64,000 nt of DNA from Paecilomyces variotii (Eukaryota): the NCBI GenBank assembly GCA_004022145.1, contig RCNU01000023.1; one strand, written 5' to 3'. The notes under the pieces are model-generated. The model worked only from the letters and a program-made list of their open reading frames with translations. It was not told where the DNA came from and did no database searches. Both the position numbers and the translations under genes were made by a program. Of the stretch, positions 1-12,010 are shown piece after piece. Positions within the stretch are counted from its first letter, which is position 1. Every line of letters begins with the position of its first letter.

Positions 1-3000
1 TATTTTCTTAATTATACTTAAAGGCTAATAATTATTAAATTAGTTTATCTTAATTAAAAGAAATCTCTATTTTTATTTAATTACTTTCTATAGCTTTTTT
101 TTATATAATTATTTAATCTTATTTTACCTTTTTTTTACTCCTTAGGGCTTATTTAATCCTATTATATTAATAGAGTAATAATTTTTTATAATATCCCCAG
201 CTTCTTCTTTAGAGCTTAAATTATCCCTAGGCTATCCCAGCATAATTAACTAAATATTATATTTAATTAAGCTAATATTCTTTTATTCTTCCTTTAGTCT
301 TTATTTAATAATCTCCTTTTATAATATATTCCCTTATATAAAATAAATAACTTCTCTATTCTATCTTTTTAGCTTAAAATAAAGTTTATAATCTTCTCCC
401 TAATAGATAAGCTTTTAATTTAAGAGGCTTTTTAAATCTAAATAATAAGATTAAATATAATCAGGAGCCTAGCAGAAGTTATATAAATTTAGAGGTATTC
501 TAGATCTTCTAATTGGGTTAAATCTTAAAAGTGCCTTAACTTATATATTTAAGCTAATATTAGGTATATTATTATTAGGCCTCCCTATATACTATATACT
601 ATATAGTTTTAACTTCTTAAACTCTTTTATTAACTAATTAATCTATAACTATTTTATTAACTTTATTTTAGTATTTTATTATTTAGTCCTATTCTTATTC
701 TTATTTAAATAAGTTTTATTAAGTTTAATAAAAAATTATATTTTATCTTTTTTAATTATTTTCTCCTTTATTAAAGCCGCTATATTTTAATCTTTCTCTA
801 GTTTATTACTGTTAAGATAGTAAAGGGTTTTAATTATTCTTATTTTATCTACTACTTCCTTATAAAAATTAATATATTTAATAATAGACAGAGTATAATA
901 GTCTATATTTAACTCTTAAACTATTTATTACTTAAGCTCCTCTAAAAGTCTTTAAAGATATTAAACTTTTTATAAGTATTAGCTTAATTTATCTAAAATT
1001 ACCAGCACTTCTAATATAGCTTAATATTCTTAATTATACTTCCTTAAATCCTCAGAGCTATTATATTTTATATTTTTAAACTTTTCTAGCTATTAAATAT
1101 TATATTTCCTTTAGTGCTTATTATAATAAATATACTCTTATTTAATTGCTTCTGCCAGTTTTAAATAGTTCTTTTTTTTATATTTAGATTAAGTATTTAT
1201 TTATAATAATACCAATAGGCTATAATAGTCTATAAACTATTTAGTTTTTTTTTTTTTTAAGAATTAATTCGCCTTATATAGCCTCTTAAAAAGCCTTAAA
1301 TAATAAATAATATTATCTCCTTTAAAATATAATACCCTAAAATTTCTAGATATTAGTATCTGCAGAGCTAATATAACCTAGATTAGCTATATTATTAATA
1401 GTCTTATATTTTTAAATACCTAAGCTATTTATATCTTTAGACTTAGTAATATTAAAAAACTAGGAATCTTTCTATTTTAATTAGCGCTAAAAAGATTAAT
1501 ACTTTTCTCTATATTTTTTTAAAAGAATAGTAATAAAGATAATAGTAAAAAATTCTTTTATTTTTTAATAAATAGTTCTTACTTAATAATTTTTTATTCT
1601 TTTTAAATTTCTGCTTCTCTTTTATATTTATTAAGCTCTTCCTTATATTTAGCAGTCCTTCCTTTCTCTTATTATTAATATATATTTTTACCTTATATTA
1701 TATTTACTATCTTTACTAATCTAAAAGATATATTTATTTTTTTTTATTTATAATAGTAATCTTCTTCAGCTATTTTATTTATCTTTTTACTACTTTTTAC
1801 TCTTTTTTTTAACTTTAGCCTTAACCTTAGCTTTTAATTCTCTTTTCTCCTTTATTTCTACTTAATATTTTAATATCTCCCTATATTTAGCTCTATTTTA
1901 TTATAGAAAAATATATTAAGACTTAATATAAAGTCTTTAAGCAAGTAAGTATTAAGAAAAAAAAGAAAGATATTTAGCTTTGGAGCTTAGAGTAAAGCTA
2001 AAAGAAAAGCTTTAATTATAGACTAATATAGTAAACTAATAATAATCTAATACTAAACTAATATTGAACAATAATAAAAAGAAAAAGCTAATTATTTTAT
2101 TCTAAATAACTAAAAGATATTATCTCCTTTCTTCTGCTTTATTTATAGACTTTTTAAAGACTTTAAATAAAAGCATATAACCTCTTAACTAATTACATTC
2201 TTTATACTAATCCTCCCCACTATAATAAAACCTTTAAAATCCTTTACTAATAAAATTGCTTTCTACTTAAATATTAAATAGAGCGCCTATTTAAATAATT
2301 AGCTTATAGGGCTTTACTAGGCTGCTTATTACCTATACCCTAAGACTTATTATAAGAGCTATAAAGAATAAAATAAGGCTATTTATTAAGTAATCTAGCA
2401 GTATACCGGCAAATAAACAGTGCTTAATTTTTATTGCTTTAAGGGGTAAACTAAAGCTTTTTATAATAGAGTAATCTGCTAGCAGTAATCTAATATAAAA
2501 GCCTTTTAGAGAATAATAATATAGCCTTTATCCTACTGCTTTTATAACCTACTAACCTATATATTTTATTAGATTAGGGTAATACTAAATCTTATAAACT
2601 TCGCTATATAACTGCTTAAAACTATTACTAATTCTATTACCTCTAAATATTCCTTTTTAACTATAAACCTTCAGTATATAAAGATCTATAATAGGCTTAA
2701 ACCTAAGCATATAGATAAGCTTATCTATATCTATATAAACTCGCGTGTATTATAGGAGATAAATAGAGGCGCAGAATGCCTTAATAAAAGGGATATTAAA
2801 GCCGAACTATTAGATTTAAAAGATAAAGAAATAGAGAAGGCCTATCTTATATAGGAATTCTTAGGCAAAGCCGCTAAAGAACCCCTATCAGCTATAAAAT
2901 TATTTATAGCTAAATAGTTAGTACTAGGATCTAGGAGATTTAATACCTTCGCTAGCTATAAAATACAATATTATTTGGAGTTAAATAGCTTCTAATTTAG

Positions 3001-3173
3001 ATTATTTTAATTTTTTACTGCTTATTAATTAGGGGGTAAAAATATCGGGTGGGTCGGGATTACCATACTAATTTATTAGTATATTTCAAAATTTCAGATA
3101 TTTTATCTCGTGAAATTCGGACCCCCAAATTTTATGAAATTTCTGAAACTTTGAAATTCAAATGCCATCCCTA
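1..3173. mobile_element. RIP-degraded transposon block, AT-rich and running off the left edge. The right part is a hAT-superfamily DNA transposon relic.
   Basis: Very AT-rich, with excess TpA, depleted CpA/TpG and no ORFs. Composition switches abruptly to normal near 3173. The block ends in ...AATGCCATCCCTA (reverse complement TAGGGATGGCATT), which resembles hAT TIR starts such as Ac (C/T)AGGGATG. Confidence 0.85.
2312..2752 (+). pseudogene. hAT transposase C-terminal region (RIP-mutated)
   Basis: One frame reads LY*AAYYLYP (from 2312) and NSITSKYSFLTINLQYIKIYNRLKPKHIDKLIYIYINSRV (from 2630). Reverting C>T/G>A changes gives LHWAAYYLHP and NSVASERSFSTMNLQHTKIRNRLKPEHVDKLIYIYMNSR, matching hAT AAxxLxP and dimerisation-domain SERxFS/RNRL motifs. 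Confidence 0.8.
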
Positions 3174-3641
3174 TTATACAGGCCATTGCAGCGAAAAGCC
3201 CACCCGCAGGGGGGGCACCTTGCTAGAGGGTCTGAGCTTGCTGAGATAAGGTACATGCTGGTATAAGAATTTGAACATGACAGTGCTTAAGCCGCTTAGC
3301 CGATTCGAGCATAGATCGTCACGCTTGTCCCCGGCCACGCGGCGCCTTAGACCGTTAATGAAATAGTACAGTGCACACATTCCCCCAGCCAGTAGATACG
3401 GAGTACGGAGTAGTTATAATAATTAAGCGCGATATTAATGTCGATTAGTTTACCTCTGGTCCCTGGACCATGGAGTTTGAAACCATGCTCTATCAAGACT
3501 AGAGTGACAAGTTCCCCTTTTGCCCCCCTCCTTGATGCTAACACCATCAACGTTATATTACCTTCTTGGCATGCTATTATTCCTTTCTTTGAACTTTCTT
3601 ACAGTATATACAGGAATACACTGTGGATATAAACAACCGGT

Positions 3642-5075
3642 ATGCCTAGCAAAGGAATCACGGTTTACAGCTATATATCCGTCGAGGGATATGTGGTTGA
3701 GTTCACGGCGCCAAAACAACATGTTCAAAGAACACCTGCAGATAACTTTACAGCAGAAAATCTCGAGGTTGAATCGTCCAATATTCCTGGACTGGAAAAC
3801 TTTGTGGGACGGTTCAAGTGGGAGGTTTTCTATCATGCCAGGGACGCCGATGCCCCCGTCCTTATCGGGAGCTCATACTGCGACATCAACAGTCTCACTG
3901 GAAAAGTGGAAGGAGGCACGATGACCGCGACCGCCGCCTGCAAGGCTATCGTAACAAACAATGCCATTATTACATATGGATTTTATAGTGCAGGCCATGG
4001 AGAATTCGGATTGACCAATCGCGACCAATGCTATGTAACCATTTGTCCGGCTTCCAACAGGGCCTGGATGGGAGCAGTTGCGCCACCAGGGTCTATCGAG
4101 GCGCAGAAACCATTCTCGCGGTTTGTGCTTGCAGCTCCACATGACAATGGCATGAATAGTATGCAGTCCTGTGATATTATCTTCAAGCACTTAGATCACG
4201 ACATGGTGCACGAATTGCGCGAAATCACACCGTCTCTACAACACTTTGATCACCTGCCAGACCATCTTCTCCTAGCTAAATTGCCAGACATAGTCTATGG
4301 AGTGTCTATTACGCAGAAGAAAGAGATTTCGATTATGCTGGCCCTAGGGGCACGTTATTTCGAATTCCGTCCAGCCAAGTTGTTGCCGATGTTCCAGAAG
4401 CTCTCGGTCCTACCAGATAAATTCTATTTTCAGCATGCGTGCATACCCGGGTTGGCATTCGACGAGTTTCTTGACCAGCTGGTTACTTTTCTAGATGAAC
4501 ACCCTACCGAGATAGCGGTCATCCATATTAGGTCGGATAACCTACTCAAGGAGTGCCAGAAGCCCACGGAGGACGAGATTGCAGCCGCGCTCACCAACGC
4601 TTGCGCACAGGCACGCAACGAACGACTGACCTGGGGAGATAGCGAATGTTTCCGACAGCCAATTGATATATTACGCCATGATGGGAGACGCCTGATTTGC
4701 GTGATCGAAGCCGAAAAATACGACAGCTGGACAGCTGAAGCCTACGCGACACTTCATGCAGATTCGATCCTTAAGCGCTTCGAAGAGATGACCACTGAGG
4801 GACAGGAGAGCACAGATCTGACTATCCTGCAGTGTCAGGCTACGTCGCAATCAATCAAGGAAGTGTTTGTGCATAGTGTGCTAGCGGCACACGCCGCGAC
4901 CTCATGCCTTGCGTCCACCAAGGCGGCAATAGACATGCACACACTTCCTTGGATTCGTCAGAACGCACTTGATAGATTAAAGGCGGACAAGAACATCGTC
5001 ATTATGAATGACTTCATTGATGGCGCGACTTGCGATACGGCTATATTGCTGTCGAGGGAAAGACTGCTAGCCTAA
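3642..5075 (+). CDS. PLC-like phosphodiesterase (PI-PLC X-domain/TIM barrel), single exon, 477 aa
   Basis: Long ORF. APHDNGMN, ITQ...LALGARYFEFRP, FQH and FLDEHPTEIAVIHI match PI-PLC-like catalytic domain motifs. Confidence 0.75.
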   Translation: MPSKGITVYSYISVEGYVVEFTAPKQHVQRTPADNFTAENLEVESSNIPGLENFVGRFKWEVFYHARDADAPVLIGSSYCDINSLTGKVEGGTMTATAACKAIVTNNAIITYGFYSAGHGEFGLTNRDQCYVTICPASNRAWMGAVAPPGSIEAQKPFSRFVLAAPHDNGMNSMQSCDIIFKHLDHDMVHELREITPSLQHFDHLPDHLLLAKLPDIVYGVSITQKKEISIMLALGARYFEFRPAKLLPMFQKLSVLPDKFYFQHACIPGLAFDEFLDQLVTFLDEHPTEIAVIHIRSDNLLKECQKPTEDEIAAALTNACAQARNERLTWGDSECFRQPIDILRHDGRRLICVIEAEKYDSWTAEAYATLHADSILKRFEEMTTEGQESTDLTILQCQATSQSIKEVFVHSVLAAHAATSCLASTKAAIDMHTLPWIRQNALDRLKADKNIVIMNDFIDGATCDTAILLSRERLLA

Positions 5076-6063
5076 GTTATTGATTCATTGGAGGTCCCTA
5101 ACCCGATTCCTTTTGTCTTTTCTATCAGAGCACTATCTTATTCTTGTATCAGCCACGGCGATGCAAGTAGCTCGCTGACCCACTGTGATGTTCCAGCCAC
5201 CGAGCTTTTAGGTGTATTTTTACAATTAGTCAAAGTAAGCAGATGCAGAGAAGGTCATATTCAAACTTATTAAAACCTGTTCAGATCATCCTCTGCGTGA
5301 CGACGACTCCAGCTTTACACTAAAACTACTATCTACTAGCAGCATATCACAAAAGATGGAGCAAAAGTTTCACCTCTAGACAAGGAAAAATTCGCCCAGC
5401 CCATTTCTCGAAAAGATCCAATGCTAACAAAAATCATACTGTAGGGACCTCAAATAGATATGTCAGTCGCAACGAGATAGGTAAGATTATCCTTGTGATT
5501 TGCATTATTCTATCCATGGTCCTAAACAAGTATCACACAATATTCGAGTACTGGACTTCGGTTATCGAATGATTGGATGAAACGTTGGCAAAAGTGGATT
5601 CTGCTCGCACTCCAGACAATTGGCGGGTAAACGTCCGTGGCAGTCATAGCCGCAAAAGCATAAAGCGGAGAATTCCCTTCGGTGGTGTGACAATAACTAG
5701 ATATCCGCTGATGTATCACTACATATTGGGTAATGTCGACTGTTTTGGTTTTGATGCGACCCGGATGATGATGAAAGACTTTTTGGAGCCACAGGGTCCG
5801 TAACCTCGCTTCCTGTCATTGGAATGAGCAATGCTGGAATAGAATGGTTTCTCTATTTCTTTACCGCATACTTCTATATATATGTACATGTTCTCAGGCC
5901 CCAGGCCCCTGACGTCTTAAAACCATTAAGGTTTCGAGTGATTTTAACCGACTCCGTAAATTGATATGCAGACCATTTCCGGGACTTACGCAGTAGAAGT
6001 GCCCTGTATAAGATGCAAGGAAATTTCGAGCTGCGCAGCCTTCCCCACTCACCAACATCCTGC

Positions 6064-7559
6064 TTAGGATGGTTGCGCGCAGGTAAAAACGCCCCTGACT
6101 GTGCCGTTTCTATACTTTAGGATCTGCAAGAGATGGTTGTTAGCCAATGAGTCGTCGAAGGGCAGCTCACAAAATAAAGGGAACTTACAATATCATCAAC
6201 GCTGGAGTAAGTACCGCCTACCAACGTAACCAGGCCGATAATAAAACATATACCGTTCAAGAACGAAAGCGCCAAGTTCTTCTTCGAAGAATACCACTTG
6301 CCCTGGCAGATGAGCATGAACCACATCAATGCGGGGAAGTAGAACGAGAAGCCGGAAATGAAAAGTGCTGACGAGATAGACAGCAGATCCGAGAAAAATG
6401 GAATGACCTCGGCAATCACCCATGCGATAACGGTGATGATGGCAATCAGGACGGTCCACGTAATCCATCCCATCTTGGTGTTGATGAATTGAATGGGAGA
6501 ATCCTTGTAGACGCGACCATGGATCAGGCGACCCAAGACGGTCCCGTTGATAGAGCCACTGATGAAAATGACGGGAAGGGCGATACCGAAGGCGACTTTG
6601 CTCAGGAGATGGCCTGCTGACAGCAGTGCTGGACTCTTGACATCCTGGCCGACAAAAGCATAGACCAGGGCGCCAGTCACGGTGTAGATAATGATCTCTG
6701 TGATTCCAAGAGCCCAAATGGACTTGGTAAAGTCCTTGGGGGTGTGCATTTCGTCCATGAAGGAAAACTGGCACATGGCGAAGCTGTAGGCGAAGATAAT
6801 GTTGGAGATGGCAATGAATGCCTCGGAGAAAGAGACATCTCCTTCTGGGAATGCAGTCCAGTGAACCGCTGAGAGACCACCCGGTTGATTGGTACTCTCA
6901 ACGCCGGTGCCAATGATGGTGATGCCAATGGCAACGATAATAGAAGCAAAATCGATATAGCCCAGAATGGCCACCTCCGCGAAACTAGGAGGCAAGGCTA
7001 GGAGGAACAGAATCACGGCCGATACGACACCCCAAACAACTGAGCAGACACCGCTGCTGGTGATGTTCATCCAAGCAATCGTGCCGGTAAGACAGTGCGA
7101 TCCGACGAGGAAAACCAGTTGCAACGCGAGCATCCCATAGATCAGCTCATAGCCAATGCGACCGAACATCAGTCTTCCGGCATCAGGGTAATGATGCACT
7201 TCAGGGAACTTCAGCTTCACCTGGCCGACAACGTAACTGGTGTAGATAGCGACCAGACCGAGACCGACCGAGCAGATCACACCTGGGACCATGCCAAGGG
7301 TCGCAAATGACGAGGGAATTGACAAACTGCCCAGAGCAATAGCCTCGACAATCAAGACCACAGTGAGACGCTTCCAGCCCAGTCTGTTGAATTTACTGTG
7401 GCCGCGTTCCACGAGGTCTCTCTCCGGCCCGGTGATCTCCCCCAGCTCTTGGTCGTATACGGGAGGAGCGACCGACTGGTCGTCCTTCTTTTCCATTTGA
7501 TTTTGCATCATTGACTTGTCCGCCTCGAAGTCCACTGAACGGTGGATGGACGCAGTCAT
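6064..7559 (-). CDS. Neutral amino acid permease (Aa_trans family, Neurospora Mtr-like), 2 exons
   Basis: LGWKRLTVVLIVEAIALGSLSIPSSFATLG and about 11 TM segments. The last intron (GTAAGT near 6188 to CAG near 6124) gives the tail ILKYRNGTVRGVFTCAQPS*. The start codon choice is approximate. Confidence 0.85.
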
Positions 7560-8400
7560 ACCGGAGGAGAGTAGGAGAGGCGTCGTGTGAGGAGAAGGGA
7601 GGAGAAAGAGAGGGAACGGTGGGAAAATTTCCACTGCAGCAGAGGCCGATTAAGATTGTTGTACCCCGGGATCGAGAGGGCCGAAACCTACTCCTCTAGG
7701 CAAGGCGCACCCTGGTAAAGATGACGGGCGACCCCATACTTAGCGCTTAGTAGTTAGTCCTACTACTTCCAAAAACTCCACAGTCGTAGCGATGTTGCAC
7801 CGGATTAGATAACAAGTCTCACGCAGTGGCAATATATATTACTCACACAGCCCTAGGGCTGTCCCTTCGCATGGCCCTTGCGCCGAGAACACGGGGTAGG
7901 ACAGCAGATGATCTGTTAGGTATACAATTCCAGATGCCTCGTTCGGAAGCGGACTGTCAGATTAAACTTAAGGTCTGCATACTCGATAGACGTGAATCTG
8001 AATTCTAAAATTATCTAGCTTTCATTCCGATTCGACCACCGGATTAGGCGCAGTCGAGCTGAGATCTCTCGCTGGAATTTGCCTTGATTCTTTGACGGGG
8101 GATTTTGACGCCAAGAAGTCGAGCATTTCTTCTCCGCAGCGAATGGCCGCCCGCTGATCCATCACGTAAGCAGCGGAAATCCTCCGAGGACGGACCTCAA
8201 AACTCGCCGCGAGCGAGTCTCGTGATTCATCCGCCCTCCGCATTCGGCCTCGGCTGGTCCGCTCCAGATTAACAATCACAATCATAATAATAGTCAACAT
8301 TCCTGCGTGGGATTCAAGCTTTTTGGGTCTCGTTTGACGCGCAGAAGAACATGCACGAGACCACCTGTCATGTTGACTTCCGTTTGCGTCACGGTTCCTT

Positions 8401-8435
8401 GTACTGTACTGTACTGTACTGTACTGTACTGTACT
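8401..8435. repeat. (GTACT)7 microsatellite
   Basis: Direct reading. Confidence 0.95.
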
Positions 8436-8869
8436 TAGTCTGGCACATGAAAATAATATGAGGTCAAATCCTCCCGGCTCTAGTTTCAAGCAAGCAACTG
8501 GCACTTGGCCCGATGCTGCTACGTGACTGTCTTCTTCCATCCCGTTTGCAGCTCTCGAAGCATGGCATCTCACAGGAGTCCGCCAGTCACTGTGAAGCGG
8601 TAGAAAGTACCCGATCATTATTATTTATACGCTCAACGAATTATGAAGTATATTAACCTGGAGTACATAATGGCGAGCAGTAACTTGTTGTGTTAACAGC
8701 TTATTAAACATGCAATGGATAACTAGTTAAATAATGTCCAATTATCAAAGAAAATACAAATTATGGATACCGTACACTGATACTCCCACGTGAAGTATAG
8801 TGATACTATCTGTCCTGTCCGCGTTCCGAAACTCAATTGTAAGTCGGTTGCCAGTATCGTCGACATTGT

Positions 8870-9301
8870 TTAACTGCAGCCAAGAGCAACAGTTCCTCCC
8901 TGAACAAGTACCATATTCATTAGTTACCGGATCCACTCGCCGTCCTTCTCCGCAGAACTTACGAGTAAAAAGGCTTCCGTGCAGCACTTGGGAGCAGTCG
9001 AGCATGAGTCATCGTATACCTTGCCTGCGAGTAGAAATGGTCAGTATAGCCACAATAGTGAGATGTATAATCAATAAGTACACAATCACTTACATTCCAA
9101 CCCAATTGAGCCAACAATAGCAGTGGCATTGACTCCCAATGTCTGCAGGATCGGGTCGACCGTCGGGTCCAACGGAGTCTTCAGTTCAGGACAGCAGAGA
9201 AGAGGGTTGGGGCAAGAATCCCTGGTTTGCACAGACGACGCGGCAGAGGTTGCAGCGATCGCGCTGAGGAGAGAGACAATGGGCATAAGGCGGAACTGCA
9301 T
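8870..9301 (-). CDS. Hydrophobin, 3 exons (9301-9094, 9024-8963, 8899-8870), about 99 aa
   Basis: Signal peptide MQFRLMPIVSLLSAIAATSAA. The spliced product has 8 Cys in C-X5-CC-X32-C-X6-C-X5-CC-X13-C. Both introns are GTAAGT...CAG with branch sites. TATA-like ATATAAAAGG near 9431-9440. Confidence 0.9.
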
Positions 9302-10419
9302 CTTGAAGGATACTCTTTCGGTAAACAAGAATGCTGTGAAGGCGTATGGTATAAAGAGATATCTTTCTTGAGTCTCTTGTGGTCTCTGATGAATGGTCTG
9401 AGAGATCGGGAGAATGATGGAATGGAGATGCCTTTTATATCTCTCTTCTACCGTCTAATCTCTGAGGAGACTCCGTGATTCCATGGACTCTACCAGTAGA
9501 TCCAAATCATAACTCAAGATAGACTTCAAAGGCCGTAGTAGATCTTTCTTGGGACAAGAACTGTCTAGTTATTCCCTAAACACAAAACTTGATGTATAAG
9601 AAGTATACGGAGGTTCAGCTACTTGGCGTATCCACAGTTTGTTCAGGAACCGGGAAGAAACGGTCGACATGTGCCTGGCACAATTCACAGTCATCCAAAC
9701 ATATGCAAGAAGGTTATCAGCAGGACCCGAAAAGGCAATATAAGGTCTTGTCCACATTGCTGCTTTAGATGATCTGCAATAGATACTGAAGGCTTGGCAG
9801 GTCCCGACGGTGCTGGGGCTATTGCCGATCATCGTGGTTCGCGACCCTGCAGAATGGAGACGAACCATAGCTTTCAAGAAGAACTAAGATGAACTATTTT
9901 CTGCTTCTCCACATTGTCAGATAAGGCTGTGGCGGTACCCTACAGAATCGATGGTAGTGTACACCCATGAGAGTATACCGTTACTAACTCGTCCTTTATC
10001 TGTGGAGAAACTACCCGTGGGCCCGGACAAAAGGCCAAGAAGTCGAATGGGGGAATCACAAGAAACAAACAGAGACACTCCTGAGGATCTATTCCTATCT
10101 GCAGTCTTGCAATAAGTCTAATGACATAGCTCATAGTCAATCACATCATAAATCAGATCAGGGAGGAGATAAACTGGGTAGCTATCTTCTCTATCTTCTT
10201 GACCGAGATCGAATATAGACACGGGTCTTAAAGTACCTAGTCTTTTGACATTTAGAGCTCATAATCAGTTATTTACAGATGGAAGCACTTTCATATACAG
10301 GAACACAAGTATGGGACCTGGGAAAGGTTCGTTAGAAGTCCAGAAGGGACATTATATGGATTACATCATCTCTTCTAGGACATCACCGTACAGCATTTCT
10401 CAGGATCAAGACGTATAAA

Positions 10420-12010
10420 AAGGATGCAAGATCGCAAAGCCTTACTTTGAGTGCAGGTTTCTTATATATAAAAAAGGCTCTATACACAGAACATGGAAAT
10501 GATAATTAAAGGCGTATAATCCCTCTTCACACACGCTGTGTCGTTTATGTCTGGTTTTCCATGCCCTGCGGGCGAAACTGCCGGGTTCGGTCATCGCCGA
10601 CGTTCGGGAGCATTGCTAGACCTAGCGACGGAATCACCGGACTTGTTGTATCAGAGCCGAGGTATTATTTCCAAGTCTCAATTCATAGAGCTCATAAGAG
10701 GTTGCCTAGATATGGCTTGCCAATTAGCAAAGGATTATCCAGCCTCGCTATCTCAGAGATACATACATCTCCCCCTCGTTGGTCTTAGCGTCATATATTC
10801 CAGCGTCCCTACGCCCTTACTGGAGAGAGCAGATACAACTGTCCCTGTGTATACCAACAAATATTTGTTATCGTCACTGATATCTGGACTGAGGCTGGGA
10901 TTATTTCACGCAGTCAAATTCTGGTATCCTTTTACTCCTCGCTGATTGCTTGTCCCAGCCAACCGAGACATAGCTGCAAGCTAGTATACCGACTGTGTGC
11001 CACCCTTACCCTCAATTGTAACACTCGAAAGACATGCTAAGCATATCTCAACCCGGGCCTTCCGCAGATGTGACGCCCACCATAACGCACCATAACCCGG
11101 AAATAAAGGCATCCGGTCCGAGGGAAGATGTGTTCTCTGCAATTTCTCTTCCAAGGCTATCAATTGCTGCTGTACAAAGACATATCCTTCTTGCCCAGTG
11201 TCACACGGGTGGCTTCGCCTTTTGTGTACAGATATGATGCATTTGACAATATACGGTATTCTTTCGAAGTTGTGCGCAGACGACAATGGCACTGTCTCAT
11301 CAGTAATAAAACACAATGCCCATAGAGTGCGTACCATCAGTTAGGGTATTCTTTTCTGCCCGTGTTTCAAAAATAGACTTAAATAGAATGAATAACCGCA
11401 AGTCGATAGTTTTCAGGCAATTGCACAGGCCGGTTTAGTGTGAAAGTCAGAATCTCCGAGAATGATACGAGGTCCACCCTTACGTTAATGCATCCATGGT
11501 TGTCAAAACTATGTTCTAAAGTACAGTGAACCAAGGAAATCTGCTTCAAAATAATCACTCTGCTTTCTTCCACTACCGCATATATCACTCGCTGTTATCT
11601 CACAGTCAGGTAAATTGGAAAGCAATCCAGCCATCCCTGACGTTTCCAGAACTCCGCAAAGAGTTTGAATTCTCAGCAGCCCCTGTATATGCTATCGAGG
11701 GCAGGAATATCTCCTAAGTAGACACTACAATAGCCTTTAGCGGCTTGCCTCATACGAAGAGAAGAAATGACATCCAATATCTACCTCAAAGTTAGGCAGC
11801 GAAGCGATCGCTGCAATTATGACGTCGCCCATTTTCGGATCCGGGTAATGATCCCACAGTGCCGTATTAAGAAGACTTGGAGTTCTGTCTCAAGACTGGA
11901 AAACCTCTGTACTCAACCACCGATGGGAGAGTATCTCGCAGCGGCGGAAGAGACAAACAATAAGGCATGGAAGAGCATTGTGCTAGTTATGACTGCTGGT
12001 AGCCAATAGA
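10420..12010 (+). pseudogene. Decayed fungal Zn(II)2Cys6/Fungal_trans-type transcription factor remnant
   Basis: Collinear fragments in shifting frames: KGCKIAKPYFEC (near 10420), FHAVKFWYPF, LQFLFQGY..SVTRVA..YRYD..FEVVRRRQWHCL, DTR/PYVNAS and KKTWSSV..AWKSI. They recall the LHRD...EMRRRLWW and DTxxPLNVND motifs. Many stops and frameshifts. Confidence 0.45.

Noticed and set aside
3279-3350. 5S rRNA- or tRNA-like fragment (GTGCTTAAGCCGC)
   Set aside because: Only a short chance match. No full 5S, tRNA cloverleaf or A/B boxes were found anywhere in the window by eye.
8022-8618. 198-aa ORF upstream of the permease
   Set aside because: It runs through the (GTACT)n microsatellite and has no protein-like motifs. 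Probably promoter DNA.
9329-9424. AbaA-like CATTCY sites near the hydrophobin start
   Set aside because: They lie in the CT-rich region downstream of the TATA box, and such hexamers are expected by chance.
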